Source: an uncultured Nitrospiraceae bacterium (GTDB taxonomy: Bacteria; Nitrospirota; Thermodesulfovibrionia; UBA6902). Taken from it: a stretch of DNA of 64,000 nucleotides. Position numbers and translations under genes: made by a program. Positions within the stretch are counted from its first letter, which is position 1; every line of letters starts with the position of its first letter. Location: the NCBI GenBank assembly GCA_964347155.1, contig CAYFXR010000070.1, positions 7,657 through 71,656 on the forward strand. Reading direction: 5' to 3'. The notes under the pieces were generated by a model that saw only the letters and a list, made by a program, of their open reading frames with translations, had not been told where the DNA came from and made no database searches. This document shows, one piece after another, positions 47,725 to 56,695 of this stretch.

Positions 47725-48951
47725 TTAAGACAGGGGAGAAGAGTGGGTAAGCGACCGTCTTATCAAGTCGTTTTCGCAAACTCCCTGATGTATGGGCAAC
47801 AAAACAACTTCTTCATTCCTTCCTGACTTTATGGGATTTCCTTTTGTACTGAACATTTCCTTAACATCAAACGTTTGATTTTCAAGCCCTGCGGTGAGGA
47901 ATTCTATTTTATCGCCGATTTTGAGATTGTTCCTTAATGCGATGACGGCCTTTCCGTTGTTGACTGATTGAACAACTCCAACAAGCTCATGACTCATTCT
48001 GTATACGTACTCCTCGTCATGATTGTAGCCGCTATCAGGATGTGTTCCGAAAAACATACCCGTGGTATAACCCCTGCTGGAAAACATTGACAGCTCTTGA
48101 AGCCATTGTTTTTTCGCCCTGTAAGGCCTGTGCCTGAGGATGTCAATAGCCTCCCTGTATGTCTTGACTACTCCTGCTACATAATTGATGCCTTTCATCC
48201 TTCCTTCGATCTTGAAACTGTTAACCCCTGCATCGGCAAGTTTGTCAACGTGCTCAATCATGCACAGGTCTCTTGAACTCAAAATATAGGTTCCCCTGTC
48301 GTTTTCATATACAGGGAGGTACTCTCCCGGCCGCTTTTCTTCAGTCAATGCATAATTCCACCTGCATGAATTTGTACATTCTCCCTGGTTTGCCGATCTG
48401 TTTGCCAGAAAACTGCTCATATAGCATCTTCCCGAATAAGAGATGCATATGGCGCCGTGCACAAAGCACTCAAGTTCAATGGATATAGTATCTCGTATAT
48501 CCTTTATCTCATTAATAGTCAGCTCTCTTGACAGGACTAATCTCTTTGCACCCATCCTCTCCCAGAATTTTGCTGACTCGTAATTAGTGATATTTGCCTG
48601 TGTACTTATATGAACAGGAATTTCAGGGGCAATTTTGGATGCTATTTCAAATACCCCGATATCTGAAATTATCAATGAGTCCGGCGATATTTTTTTAAGG
48701 TATGACAGATGATCTTTAACGAGGGAAATATCTTTATTATGAGGAAAAATATTTACAGTGATATAGCATTTTCTGCCTGTCTGGTGAATAAGAATTGCAG
48801 CATTTTCAAGCTCGTCTGTAGTAAAATTATCAGCTTTTGCCCTGAGGCTGAATTCAGAAGACCCCATATAAACAGCATCAGCACCGTAGTGGAGTGCAGT
48901 CCTGAGCTTTTCTAGGTTCCCTGCAGGAGCAAGGAGTTCAGGCAATTTCAT
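47725..48951 (-). CDS. Peptidase U32 family protein
   Basis: MKLPELLAPAGNLEKLRTALHYGADAVYMG N-terminus is characteristic of U32/PrtC-like proteins; 408 aa. Confidence 0.7.
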   Translation of the reverse strand: MKLPELLAPAGNLEKLRTALHYGADAVYMGSSEFSLRAKADNFTTDELENAAILIHQTGRKCYITVNIFPHNKDISLVKDHLSYLKKISPDSLIISDIGVFEIASKIAPEIPVHISTQANITNYESAKFWERMGAKRLVLSRELTINEIKDIRDTISIELECFVHGAICISYSGRCYMSSFLANRSANQGECTNSCRWNYALTEEKRPGEYLPVYENDRGTYILSSRDLCMIEHVDKLADAGVNSFKIEGRMKGINYVAGVVKTYREAIDILRHRPYRAKKQWLQELSMFSSRGYTTGMFFGTHPDSGYNHDEEYVYRMSHELVGVVQSVNNGKAVIALRNNLKIGDKIEFLTAGLENQTFDVKEMFSTKGNPIKSGRNEEVVLLPIHQGVCENDLIRRSLTHSSPLS

Positions 48952-48996
48952 ATGAAATTATTTTAACATGAATGATTACTTACGGGGTGTGTTTTA

Positions 48997-50304
48997 TCAT
49001 TCGCTTATCATACCGGCGTCTGTAAGCGATGACTTTAATGCCTGTACAATCGCTGGATCAAACTGGGTGCTGGCATTTGCCTCGATTTCACTTAAGGCCA
49101 TCTCGTAATCGAGTTGTGTGCTGTTCGAATTTTTATTTGTCAGCATGTCAAACTTATCCGCTACAGAAAGAATACGGGCACAAAGGGGAATTTCATCTCC
49201 TTTTATTGCCATGGGATAGCCGGTACCGTCAAATCTTTCATGATGATGCAGGATAATGTCTGCCGAATCGTTCCAGAGAGAAATAGATTTTATCAAATCA
49301 TATCCAAGTATTGAATGCTGCATAATTTTTTCTTTTTTTCGCTGATCTCTTGGATCAATTTTCAGCATACCAATATCGTGTAAGAGACAGGCATAATAAA
49401 GCCTTTTTAATTCAATCTCGGATAAATTCAGTTGTTTTCCGATATAGTTGGCGTAGTTGGCCACTCTTCGTGAATGTCCTTTCTTGTTCTGTATGTAATC
49501 CTGAGCGCCGACAAGGATTTCAGTTATATGAATAAAATCACTCAGTTGTTTTTCTTTTGATCTGTTTTGCGCAATAGATATACTTGCCTGATCAGCAATA
49601 CTGTGAAGTAATGCTTCTTCTTGTTTGGTAAACACTCCCTGTTTTTTATTCCGAAGTTCAATAGCACCGATGATTTCGTTGGCATATACAAGCGGGACGC
49701 AGATAACCGATTTCGTTTTAAGGCCTGTTTCATTGTCAAAATCAGAATCATATCGTGTATCTTTTGCTGCATTGTTGATAAGGGCCGGTTTTCCGTTTTT
49801 TACCACCCAGCCGGCGATCCCTTCACCAGATTTTAGAGTCCGATTGTTCATTTTTTGAGAGTTTTTTCCAAAGTTAACCTTAAACTGGAGGTTGTCTTTG
49901 TCATCGTTGAGAAGGAGGGACCCTGATTCGGCAGCAATGAGGTTCATAGCTGATTCCATGATTTTTTTCAAGAGAATATCAAGATATAACGTTTCTCGAA
50001 ACTGTTTTGTAATCCCGAAGAGGCTGTTTAATTTTATATTAAGATCCTGTGCAGATACGATGGATGAATTAGTGGCCTTTGTTGAGAGGATTAAACCGAG
50101 AACTGACACGGCAACAGCAAGCACAAGTAATATTCCGACATTTACCGGGATCTTCGAAATGTCACCCTCTGTGACGTACGGATAAATATATTTGATTGAA
50201 AAATAAACAAGCAGGGCTAACGGAATGATGGATGCAATAAAATGTGAGATCTTAACGTAACGGCGAATGTTATCAAAGAAATCTTTACCTTCAAGACCGT
50301 GCAT
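48997..50304 (-). CDS. Membrane-anchored GAF plus HD-GYP domain protein (c-di-GMP phosphodiesterase family)
   Basis: N-terminal TM helices, central GAF-like region, LLHDIGMLKI (HD) and HHHERFDGTGYPMAI (GYP); 435 aa. Confidence 0.65.
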   Translation of the reverse strand: MHGLEGKDFFDNIRRYVKISHFIASIIPLALLVYFSIKYIYPYVTEGDISKIPVNVGILLVLAVAVSVLGLILSTKATNSSIVSAQDLNIKLNSLFGITKQFRETLYLDILLKKIMESAMNLIAAESGSLLLNDDKDNLQFKVNFGKNSQKMNNRTLKSGEGIAGWVVKNGKPALINNAAKDTRYDSDFDNETGLKTKSVICVPLVYANEIIGAIELRNKKQGVFTKQEEALLHSIADQASISIAQNRSKEKQLSDFIHITEILVGAQDYIQNKKGHSRRVANYANYIGKQLNLSEIELKRLYYACLLHDIGMLKIDPRDQRKKEKIMQHSILGYDLIKSISLWNDSADIILHHHERFDGTGYPMAIKGDEIPLCARILSVADKFDMLTNKNSNSTQLDYEMALSEIEANASTQFDPAIVQALKSSLTDAGMISE

Positions 50305-50649
50305 TACCTGGTTCCTCAGTAAATATATATTCTCAGTAACCTATGATGCAAAATTACTATTTAAAATTACTATCTTAATATCGACTATAATCGTTGGAAA
50401 CTTTAGGATTACAGGAGTTCTCCCAATTTTTTAGCTGTATCAACATCTACCTTATCTTAGGAATCTTAGCAAACCCATATGATTTCCCCCTTTGGAAAAG
50501 GGGGATCAAGGGGGATTTTATAATGATTACATCTACAAATCCCCACTTACCCCTTATAGGGGCGTTGCCCCAACGGTGAAAAGCCGCGTTGCGGCCTCGC
50601 CGCTTTACGCGGGGCTTTACGCCCCCCCTTTACTAAAGGGGGGAAATAT

Positions 50650-50740
50650 AAATTGGTATATCAATTAATATTGCCCTTAAGGTACCGACAAATAATTTCT
50701 TTCACAAAGCCTGCATTGTTTGAGGTGCATTTTTTGGGTT
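50650..50740 (+). repeat. Partial MITE-like copy (right half only)
   Basis: ...CTTAAGGTACCGACAAATAATTTCTTTCACAAAGCCTGCATTGTTTGAGGTGCATTTTTTGGGTT. Lies upstream of the GAF-HD-GYP gene. Confidence 0.55.
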
Positions 50741-51120
50741 CAGGACGGGGTGTGCAGTAATGCTTACCAGATCAAGGAAAGAAAAGCGTCGAGGTCTGTT
50801 TGAAGACGGTTAAACTTGCACCAGATTACCATACACTCCTCTGAACGATAGCAATAACCGTCTTTAATTACTACATGAATACTTACACCCGTCCTTTCAC
50901 GGTACGGGCATGGTATGTGAAGCTTTCCCGTTTCTATTGCATAGACTTTCTGCATGAGCGGGTCTTTCATATTTATATTTTATTCTTATTCGTATACCTT
51001 TGTAAATTGGTTTTGTTTGGTATAATTATCATGAGCAAATAGTGAATTTTTTTGAAAAAAAAATGTAGACTATATGTAACTGTAAATAAAGGAGATAATC
51101 TTTTGAACAATAGTGTCCCC

Positions 51121-52404
51121 ATGTATGACAATACACCTGCTATTGATGAAAAAACCCAAAGGCATTTAAAACAAATAGACAAAGCAGATATTATCATAGG
51201 AATTCCGAGTTACAACAATGCGGAATCTATTGGCCGTGTGATAAAGGCTGCGGAGCTTGGTCTTGCAAAATATTTTTCCAGGTATAAGGGAGTGATTATC
51301 ATCTCTGAAGGGGGATCTGTTGAAGAAACCCAAAGAGCTGTTGATGTTTTAAAAGATAAACACTATTTTGAAGATTCATTCATATCTAAGCCCCCATTTG
51401 AAACAGAGATACTCGTTACAAAATACCTTGGGGCTTCAGGAAAGGGAACAGCAATAAAGGCAATATTTGAGGCAGCGCAAATCCTGGATATGAAGGCAGG
51501 CTGTATGCTTGACGCAGATTTGAGGAGCATCTCACCGGCATGGGTAGAGCTGCTCATTGCTCCTATCATCTTGAAAAATTTTGAATTTGTAGCCCCTTAT
51601 TACAGTCGCCACAAATATGATGGAACCATTACGAATATGATCGCTTTTCCTTTAACCTGGGCTTTATACGGCAGACGTGTCCGACAGCCAATCGGTGGTG
51701 ACTTTGGATTTTCTTTGGAACTTGTAAAAAGCCTTCTTTCAAAAAATGTATGGGAAACAGACATCGCAAGATTTGGTATTGATATATGGATGACAACAGT
51801 TGCTATATGTGAGGATTTTAAAATCTGCCAGTCCTTTCTCGGTGCAAAAATTCATGATATAAAAGATCCTGGCAAACATCTGAGTCCAATGTTTAAGCAG
51901 GTTGTTGGTACAATTTTCAATTTAATGGACATATATCAGGAAAAATGGTTTCGAGTGAAAGGAAGCCGTCCTACTGCTATCTTTGGATTTGAATCTGAAT
52001 TTGCTCCGAAACCGATAGATGTGGATATTGAGAATTTGATTAATAAGTTCAAAGAAAGTGTCCCAAGGTATTTGCATGTCTGGGAAAGAGTACTTGAGAC
52101 TGAAAATTGTCAGAAGATACAGGAAGTGGCAAATATGGAGGGCAATCTGTTTGAGTTGCCTGTCGAATTATGGATTAAGTCATTATATGATTTTGCCGTG
52201 GCCTATGATAAGAAATCTGACGGGATTAACGCTCATGAAATAATTGAGGCATTGGTTCCGATTTATTATGCTCAGACCGCGTCTTTTGTAAACAAAACAC
52301 TGAATCTGGATTCCCATCAGACAGAAGAAGTGATAAACCAACAATGTACCGTATTTGAAAAATTAAAATCGTATCTGGTTAAAAGTTGGGCCTCTCATGA
52401 GTAA
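51121..52404 (+). CDS. Glycosyltransferase (GT-A fold, family 2-like); possibly a glycosyl-glycerate-type synthase
   Basis: IIIGIPSYNNAESIGRVI N-terminal GT-A motif and DAD (MLDADL) motif. The start is set at MYDNTP; the track ORF starts at 51052. Specific function is not supported. Confidence 0.45.
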   Translation: MYDNTPAIDEKTQRHLKQIDKADIIIGIPSYNNAESIGRVIKAAELGLAKYFSRYKGVIIISEGGSVEETQRAVDVLKDKHYFEDSFISKPPFETEILVTKYLGASGKGTAIKAIFEAAQILDMKAGCMLDADLRSISPAWVELLIAPIILKNFEFVAPYYSRHKYDGTITNMIAFPLTWALYGRRVRQPIGGDFGFSLELVKSLLSKNVWETDIARFGIDIWMTTVAICEDFKICQSFLGAKIHDIKDPGKHLSPMFKQVVGTIFNLMDIYQEKWFRVKGSRPTAIFGFESEFAPKPIDVDIENLINKFKESVPRYLHVWERVLETENCQKIQEVANMEGNLFELPVELWIKSLYDFAVAYDKKSDGINAHEIIEALVPIYYAQTASFVNKTLNLDSHQTEEVINQQCTVFEKLKSYLVKSWASHE

Positions 52405-52419
52405 AAGGGGGTAAAAAAA

Positions 52420-52782
52420 GTGAGGAAAAAAATTCTGGTTGTAGATGATGAAAAGAATATTCGGTTATTGCTTCAGGAAGAACTGACAGACGAAGGATAT
52501 GATGTTATTATGGCGCACAGCGGCGAAGCCGCGCTGGACATGATAAAAGAGGAAAACCCCGACCTTGTAACGCTCGATATAAAAATGCCGGGTGAAGACG
52601 GCCTGAGTATATTACGGAAGATACGGGAGATAAACTACGATTTGCCTGTTATTATCTGCTCAGCATACAGTGTATTTAAAAGTGATTTTTCGGCAGTCGC
52701 AGCAGACCATTATGTAGTAAAGTCTTCTGACTTTGATGAGCTTAAGAATAAGATCAAGGAAATACTCGCTTACGAGTTTTGA
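52420..52782 (+). CDS. Stand-alone response-regulator receiver (CheY-like)
   Basis: ILVVDDEKNIRLLL, phospho-acceptor context LVTLDIKMPGEDG, and a conserved Lys region; 120 aa. GTG start. Confidence 0.7.
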   Translation: MRKKILVVDDEKNIRLLLQEELTDEGYDVIMAHSGEAALDMIKEENPDLVTLDIKMPGEDGLSILRKIREINYDLPVIICSAYSVFKSDFSAVAADHYVVKSSDFDELKNKIKEILAYEF

Positions 52783-52908
52783 CAACTTTTTAAAACCCTC
52801 TTTCCCCCACGTTTAATCCAAACAATGCATTTTTTTAAACTTGTCAAAATATCAGGCATTGTCCCAAGTTTGTATGATGGAAATAACGATGTTTAAGTTT
52901 TTTACTTT

Positions 52909-53085
52909 ACCCAAATAATGCAGACATTGCTCAAGAAATTATTTAACTCGATAAAATTATTATTAAATTATGCATATATCTTGGAACAAAAATATTCACC
53001 TTAGATTGGTTGGAATTGCGTCTAAGGTATCGAAAAATAATTTCTTTCACAAGGCCTGCATTATTTGAAATGCATTTTTTGGGTT
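52909..53085 (+). mobile_element. MITE-like repeat, copy E, upstream of the second DUF3391-HD-GYP gene
   Basis: ACCCAAATAATGCAGACATTGCTCAAGAAATTATTTAACTCGATAAAATTATT...CACAAGGCCTGCATTATTTGAAATGCATTTTTTGGGTT. Flanked by about 28-bp direct repeats (..AATGCATTTTTTTAAACTTGTCAAAATAT at 52823-52852 and 53352-53379). Confidence 0.7.
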
Positions 53086-53220
53086 TATAAGAAAACGCTA
53101 TCATTACCCGACCCCCTAATCAAGTCAGAGGGTATGCTTGATCGAACAATCCAGAAATAGGAATTGGATTCGGGCACAGATACCTTCAAAATCTTTAAAA
53201 ATGCAACATGATTATTGGAT

Positions 53221-53283
53221 GCCATTTTGCAATCGAAAAAAGTTCTTATGCATAACATAATACCCTTACGATTGCAAAATGGC
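53221..53283. repeat. Perfect 15-bp inverted repeat (GCCATTTTGCAATCG ... CGATTGCAAAATGGC) with a 33-nt spacer
   Basis: Read directly. Lies in the upstream region of the HD-GYP gene at 53419. Confidence 0.7.
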
Positions 53284-53418
53284 ATGTTCAAATGTGTTGC
53301 TTTTAAAGCTTTTTCAGGCATCTGTGCCTCCTATGATCGCATTTTGGGGTAAATGCAATTTTTAAACTTGTCAAAATATTAAGTTAATGCGGTATCTATC
53401 CGAATTATATAGATAGTT

Positions 53419-54621
53419 ATGATAAAAAAGATTAAGATTGACCGGTTAAGGCCGGGAATGTTTATCCACGATCTTAACTGTGGCTGGATGCGCCATCCTT
53501 TCATCTCAAACAGTATAAAAATCAGGAATGAGAAAACGATTGAAAAGATCATTGACCATGGAATCTGCGAGGTTTACATTGATACGGATAAGGGGCTGGA
53601 TGTTACGGATGCTCCCACATTAAAAGAGGTGAATCAGGAAATTCAAACTGAACTGCATAAAGTTGCTGAAGCAATAAAATTAGAAAATGGCTGTCGTGTT
53701 CCAATCGGTAGAGAGATCGTAAAGGCAAAGGAGATAAAAAAAGAAGCAAAACAAACGGTACAGAATATCATGGAAGAGGTAAGGTTTGGCAAGCAAATAA
53801 AGACCGAAAAAGTCGAAAAAGTTGTCGGGAAAATGATTGATTCAATATTTCGTAATAAAGATGCACTTATCAGTCTAGGAAGGATAAAACAGGCCGATGA
53901 ATATACATATATGCATTCAATGAGTGTTTGCGTACTTATGATTTCTTTTGGCAAGTATCTCGGTTTTGATCAACAGCAGTTAAAAGAAGTCGGGATTGGT
54001 GCAATGTTGCATGACATTGGCAAAATGAGGGTGCCTCAGTATCTCCTTCAAAAAAGATCCTTATTGTCTGACGGAGAATTTAATACGATTAAGGAACATG
54101 TAGAATACAGTCGTGTATTACTTGAACAGACCGGTAACATTGCCGATACATCCATTTTGTTAGCGTATCAGCATCATGAAAGAGTAGACGGGACAGGTTA
54201 CCCAAATAATTTAAAAGGTGATGAAATTTCGAAATACGGACAGGCTGCAGCCATAGTAGATGTGTATGATGCCATGACTTCGAAAAGATGTTACCAACGC
54301 AAATCTCAACCTACAGATGTATTAAGAAAGCTTTTTGAGTGGAGTGAGTTCCATTATAACAAAGATCTGGTACAACATTTTATCCGCTGTGTTGGTATAT
54401 ACCCTGTTGGGACACTGGTACGTCTTGAAAGCGGTTTGCTCGGCGTAATTCTTAATACCGGTGAAAAAAGCCTGTTGCAACCGCGTATACGAACTATCTA
54501 TAACACAAAAAAGCAGAGATTAATAACACCCCGTGACATTGATCTTTCAAAGGGTGGAGACAGAATTGTATGCCATGAATCACCGGAGAAATGGAAAATA
54601 ATACCCGAGAGATATTTGTAA
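53419..54621 (+). CDS. HD-GYP domain phosphodiesterase with N-terminal DUF3391-like domain (paralog of the gene at 26648)
   Basis: MIKKIKIDRLRPGMFIHDLNCGWMRHPF..., MLHDIGK, HHERVDGTGYPNNL. Collinear with the gene at 26648 over its full length. Confidence 0.75.
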   Translation: MIKKIKIDRLRPGMFIHDLNCGWMRHPFISNSIKIRNEKTIEKIIDHGICEVYIDTDKGLDVTDAPTLKEVNQEIQTELHKVAEAIKLENGCRVPIGREIVKAKEIKKEAKQTVQNIMEEVRFGKQIKTEKVEKVVGKMIDSIFRNKDALISLGRIKQADEYTYMHSMSVCVLMISFGKYLGFDQQQLKEVGIGAMLHDIGKMRVPQYLLQKRSLLSDGEFNTIKEHVEYSRVLLEQTGNIADTSILLAYQHHERVDGTGYPNNLKGDEISKYGQAAAIVDVYDAMTSKRCYQRKSQPTDVLRKLFEWSEFHYNKDLVQHFIRCVGIYPVGTLVRLESGLLGVILNTGEKSLLQPRIRTIYNTKKQRLITPRDIDLSKGGDRIVCHESPEKWKIIPERYL

Positions 54622-55794
54622 CTATTTTACTTCTTTGACCTCTCTCCCGTAAGGGCTTAATTCTCTTAATTCATTAATAATTGGCGGCATTTTCTCGAGA
54701 ACACAATCTATGTCTTCATCTGTCGTATATCTGCTCAAAGAAAATCTGACAGAACCGTGGATGGAAGTAAAAGGGACTCCCATTGACCTCAATACATGGG
54801 ACGGCTCAAGCGAACCGGATGTACATGCAGAGCCTGAAGATGCACAGATATTGTATTCATTGAGCCGCAATAGGATGGCTTCTCCTTCAACGTATTCAAA
54901 ACTTATATTGGTTGTATTCGGTAATCTGTTATCAATGTCACCATTGATTCTTGCACTTGGACACGTGTCGAGAAGCCCTTGTTCAAGCCGGTCCCTCAAT
55001 TCTTTTACTTTTGTGTTTTCAAAAGGAAAGTGATGTTTGGCAAGTTCGCAGGCCTTTCCAAATCCAATAATCGAGGCTACATTTTCTGTGCCGCCTCTTC
55101 GGCCTTTTTCCTGATGCCCTCCGATTATGTAAGGTGTGAACCTGGTTCCTTTTTTGATAAAAAGGGCTCCTACACCTTTTGATGCATGTATTTTGTGCCC
55201 CGAGATCGATATCATATCGATAGGAAGTCTTTTTACGTCTACAGGAATCTTTCCCACTGCCTGAACTCCATCCGTATGGAAAGGAACGCCTTTTGACTTT
55301 GCAATTGCAGTAATTTCTTCCAAGGGAAAGATTACACCGCTTTCGTTGTTTGCATACATAATTGAAACAACCGCTGTGTCATCTGTTATTGATGCTTCCA
55401 GTTCTTCAAGGTTCAATCTTCCATGTTTGTCGACAGGCAGGAATGTTACCCTGTAACCTCGTCTAGCAATTGTCTTGCAGAAATTCAAAACTGCAGGGTG
55501 CTCCACCCGTGTTGTGATGATATGTCTCTTTTCCGGTCTGGACATAAGCGCGCTCATGATTGCCGTATTGTCACTTTCGGTGCCGCAGCTCGTGAAAATG
55601 ATTTCCTCAGGTTCTGCATTAATCAGCCAGGCAACCTGTTCTCTTGCAACTTCTATCTTCCTGTGTACCTGACCGCCGAATGTGTGCATGCTTGAGGGAT
55701 TGCCGTACAGGGTACTGAAATAGGGCAGCATTTCTTCTCTTACTTCATCAGCAACCATTGTTGTTGCATTGTTGTCCAGATAAACTACCCTCAT
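54622..55794 (-). CDS. nifS: Cysteine desulfurase (class I, NifS/IscS-type)
   Basis: VYLDNNATT N-terminus, PLP-lysine region SISGHKIHASKGVG, active-site loop SSGSACTSG; 390 aa. Overlaps nifU by 4 nt (ATGA). Confidence 0.8.
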   Translation of the reverse strand: MRVVYLDNNATTMVADEVREEMLPYFSTLYGNPSSMHTFGGQVHRKIEVAREQVAWLINAEPEEIIFTSCGTESDNTAIMSALMSRPEKRHIITTRVEHPAVLNFCKTIARRGYRVTFLPVDKHGRLNLEELEASITDDTAVVSIMYANNESGVIFPLEEITAIAKSKGVPFHTDGVQAVGKIPVDVKRLPIDMISISGHKIHASKGVGALFIKKGTRFTPYIIGGHQEKGRRGGTENVASIIGFGKACELAKHHFPFENTKVKELRDRLEQGLLDTCPSARINGDIDNRLPNTTNISFEYVEGEAILLRLNEYNICASSGSACTSGSLEPSHVLRSMGVPFTSIHGSVRFSLSRYTTDEDIDCVLEKMPPIINELRELSPYGREVKEVK

Positions 55795-56630
55795 TCAACC
55801 TCCACAACAAGTTCTTCACTTATCAGTTCTTTTAATTTTTTCTCGATATTATGGACTGTCACGTCAGCCATCAGACAGCCTATACACATTCCTCTTAAAG
55901 ACACAATAACCTTATTCCCGTCAACATCTATCAGTTCTATATCACCGCCGTCTGCCTGCAAAAGGGGTCTTATTTCCTTTTCAATGATTTCCTGTATCAT
56001 TGCAATTTTTTGAATATTTGTGAGTTTCTTTTTCGGTGTAACGATTTCTTCTACGACCTTCTCTGCCCATACTTCCTTAAGAATCTTTTCTATATCGGGG
56101 ATGCAACTTCCGCACCCTCCTCCTGCCTTTGTAAAATTTGTAACATCTTCAACAGTATGAAGCTTGTTTTCCGTAATTACCCGCATGATTTTTTGATCTG
56201 TAACCCCAAAGCATTCACAGACAAGTTCTCCTTCTTCAATTTCAGGAGGTTTTTCTCCCCTGTACTGTGCTATGGCTGCCTCAAGTGCTTCACGTCCCAT
56301 AACTGAACAGTGCATTTTTTCTCGCGGAAGACTTCCGAGGTAATCTGCAATATCATTATTTGTAATCTTTAGTGCTTCATCGATGGTTTTGCCTTTAATT
56401 AATTCTGTCAAGGCAGATGATGATGCTATGGCGCTTGCACACCCAAAGGTCTGAAATTTTGCGTCAATGATTCTATTCGTTTCTTTGTCGATATTGAGGG
56501 TAAGTTTTAGAGCGTCACCACAGATAATGCTTCCCACCTCACCCACTGCGTCAGGGTTTTCAATCTCACCTGTATTTTTTGGGTGAAGAAAAAGATCTTT
56601 TACTTTTTCAGAATATTCCCACATAATCAA
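55791..56630 (-). CDS. nifU: NifU Fe-S cluster assembly scaffold (N-terminal U-type domain, central cysteine cluster, C-terminal Nfu domain)
   Basis: YSEKVKDLFLHPKNTGEIENPDAVGEVGSIICGDALKL, central GGGCGSC..., C-terminal GMCIGC; 279 aa. Confidence 0.75.
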   Translation of the reverse strand: MIMWEYSEKVKDLFLHPKNTGEIENPDAVGEVGSIICGDALKLTLNIDKETNRIIDAKFQTFGCASAIASSSALTELIKGKTIDEALKITNNDIADYLGSLPREKMHCSVMGREALEAAIAQYRGEKPPEIEEGELVCECFGVTDQKIMRVITENKLHTVEDVTNFTKAGGGCGSCIPDIEKILKEVWAEKVVEEIVTPKKKLTNIQKIAMIQEIIEKEIRPLLQADGGDIELIDVDGNKVIVSLRGMCIGCLMADVTVHNIEKKLKELISEELVVEVE

Positions 56631-56695
56631 TTTTTACACAGCTGCATTATCTTGTCAAGAATAGAAAGTATATGATATATTTAATAAAAGTAACA

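Noticed and set aside
50764-50970. 68-aa ORF upstream of the glycosyltransferase gene as a real gene
   Set aside because: There are no recognisable motifs. It sits in a repeat-rich intergenic stretch, so coding status is undecidable from sequence. I did not list it as a feature.
22315-53085. Autonomous transposon or IS element as the source of the 178-bp repeats within this window
   Set aside because: No transposase, integrase or recombinase ORF is present anywhere in the window. The repeats are too short to encode one. They are therefore called non-autonomous MITE-like elements.
53085-53321. 78-aa minus-strand ORF between MITE copy E and the HD-GYP gene
   Set aside because: It overlaps the MITE end and the 15-bp palindrome, and it has no RBS or motif.
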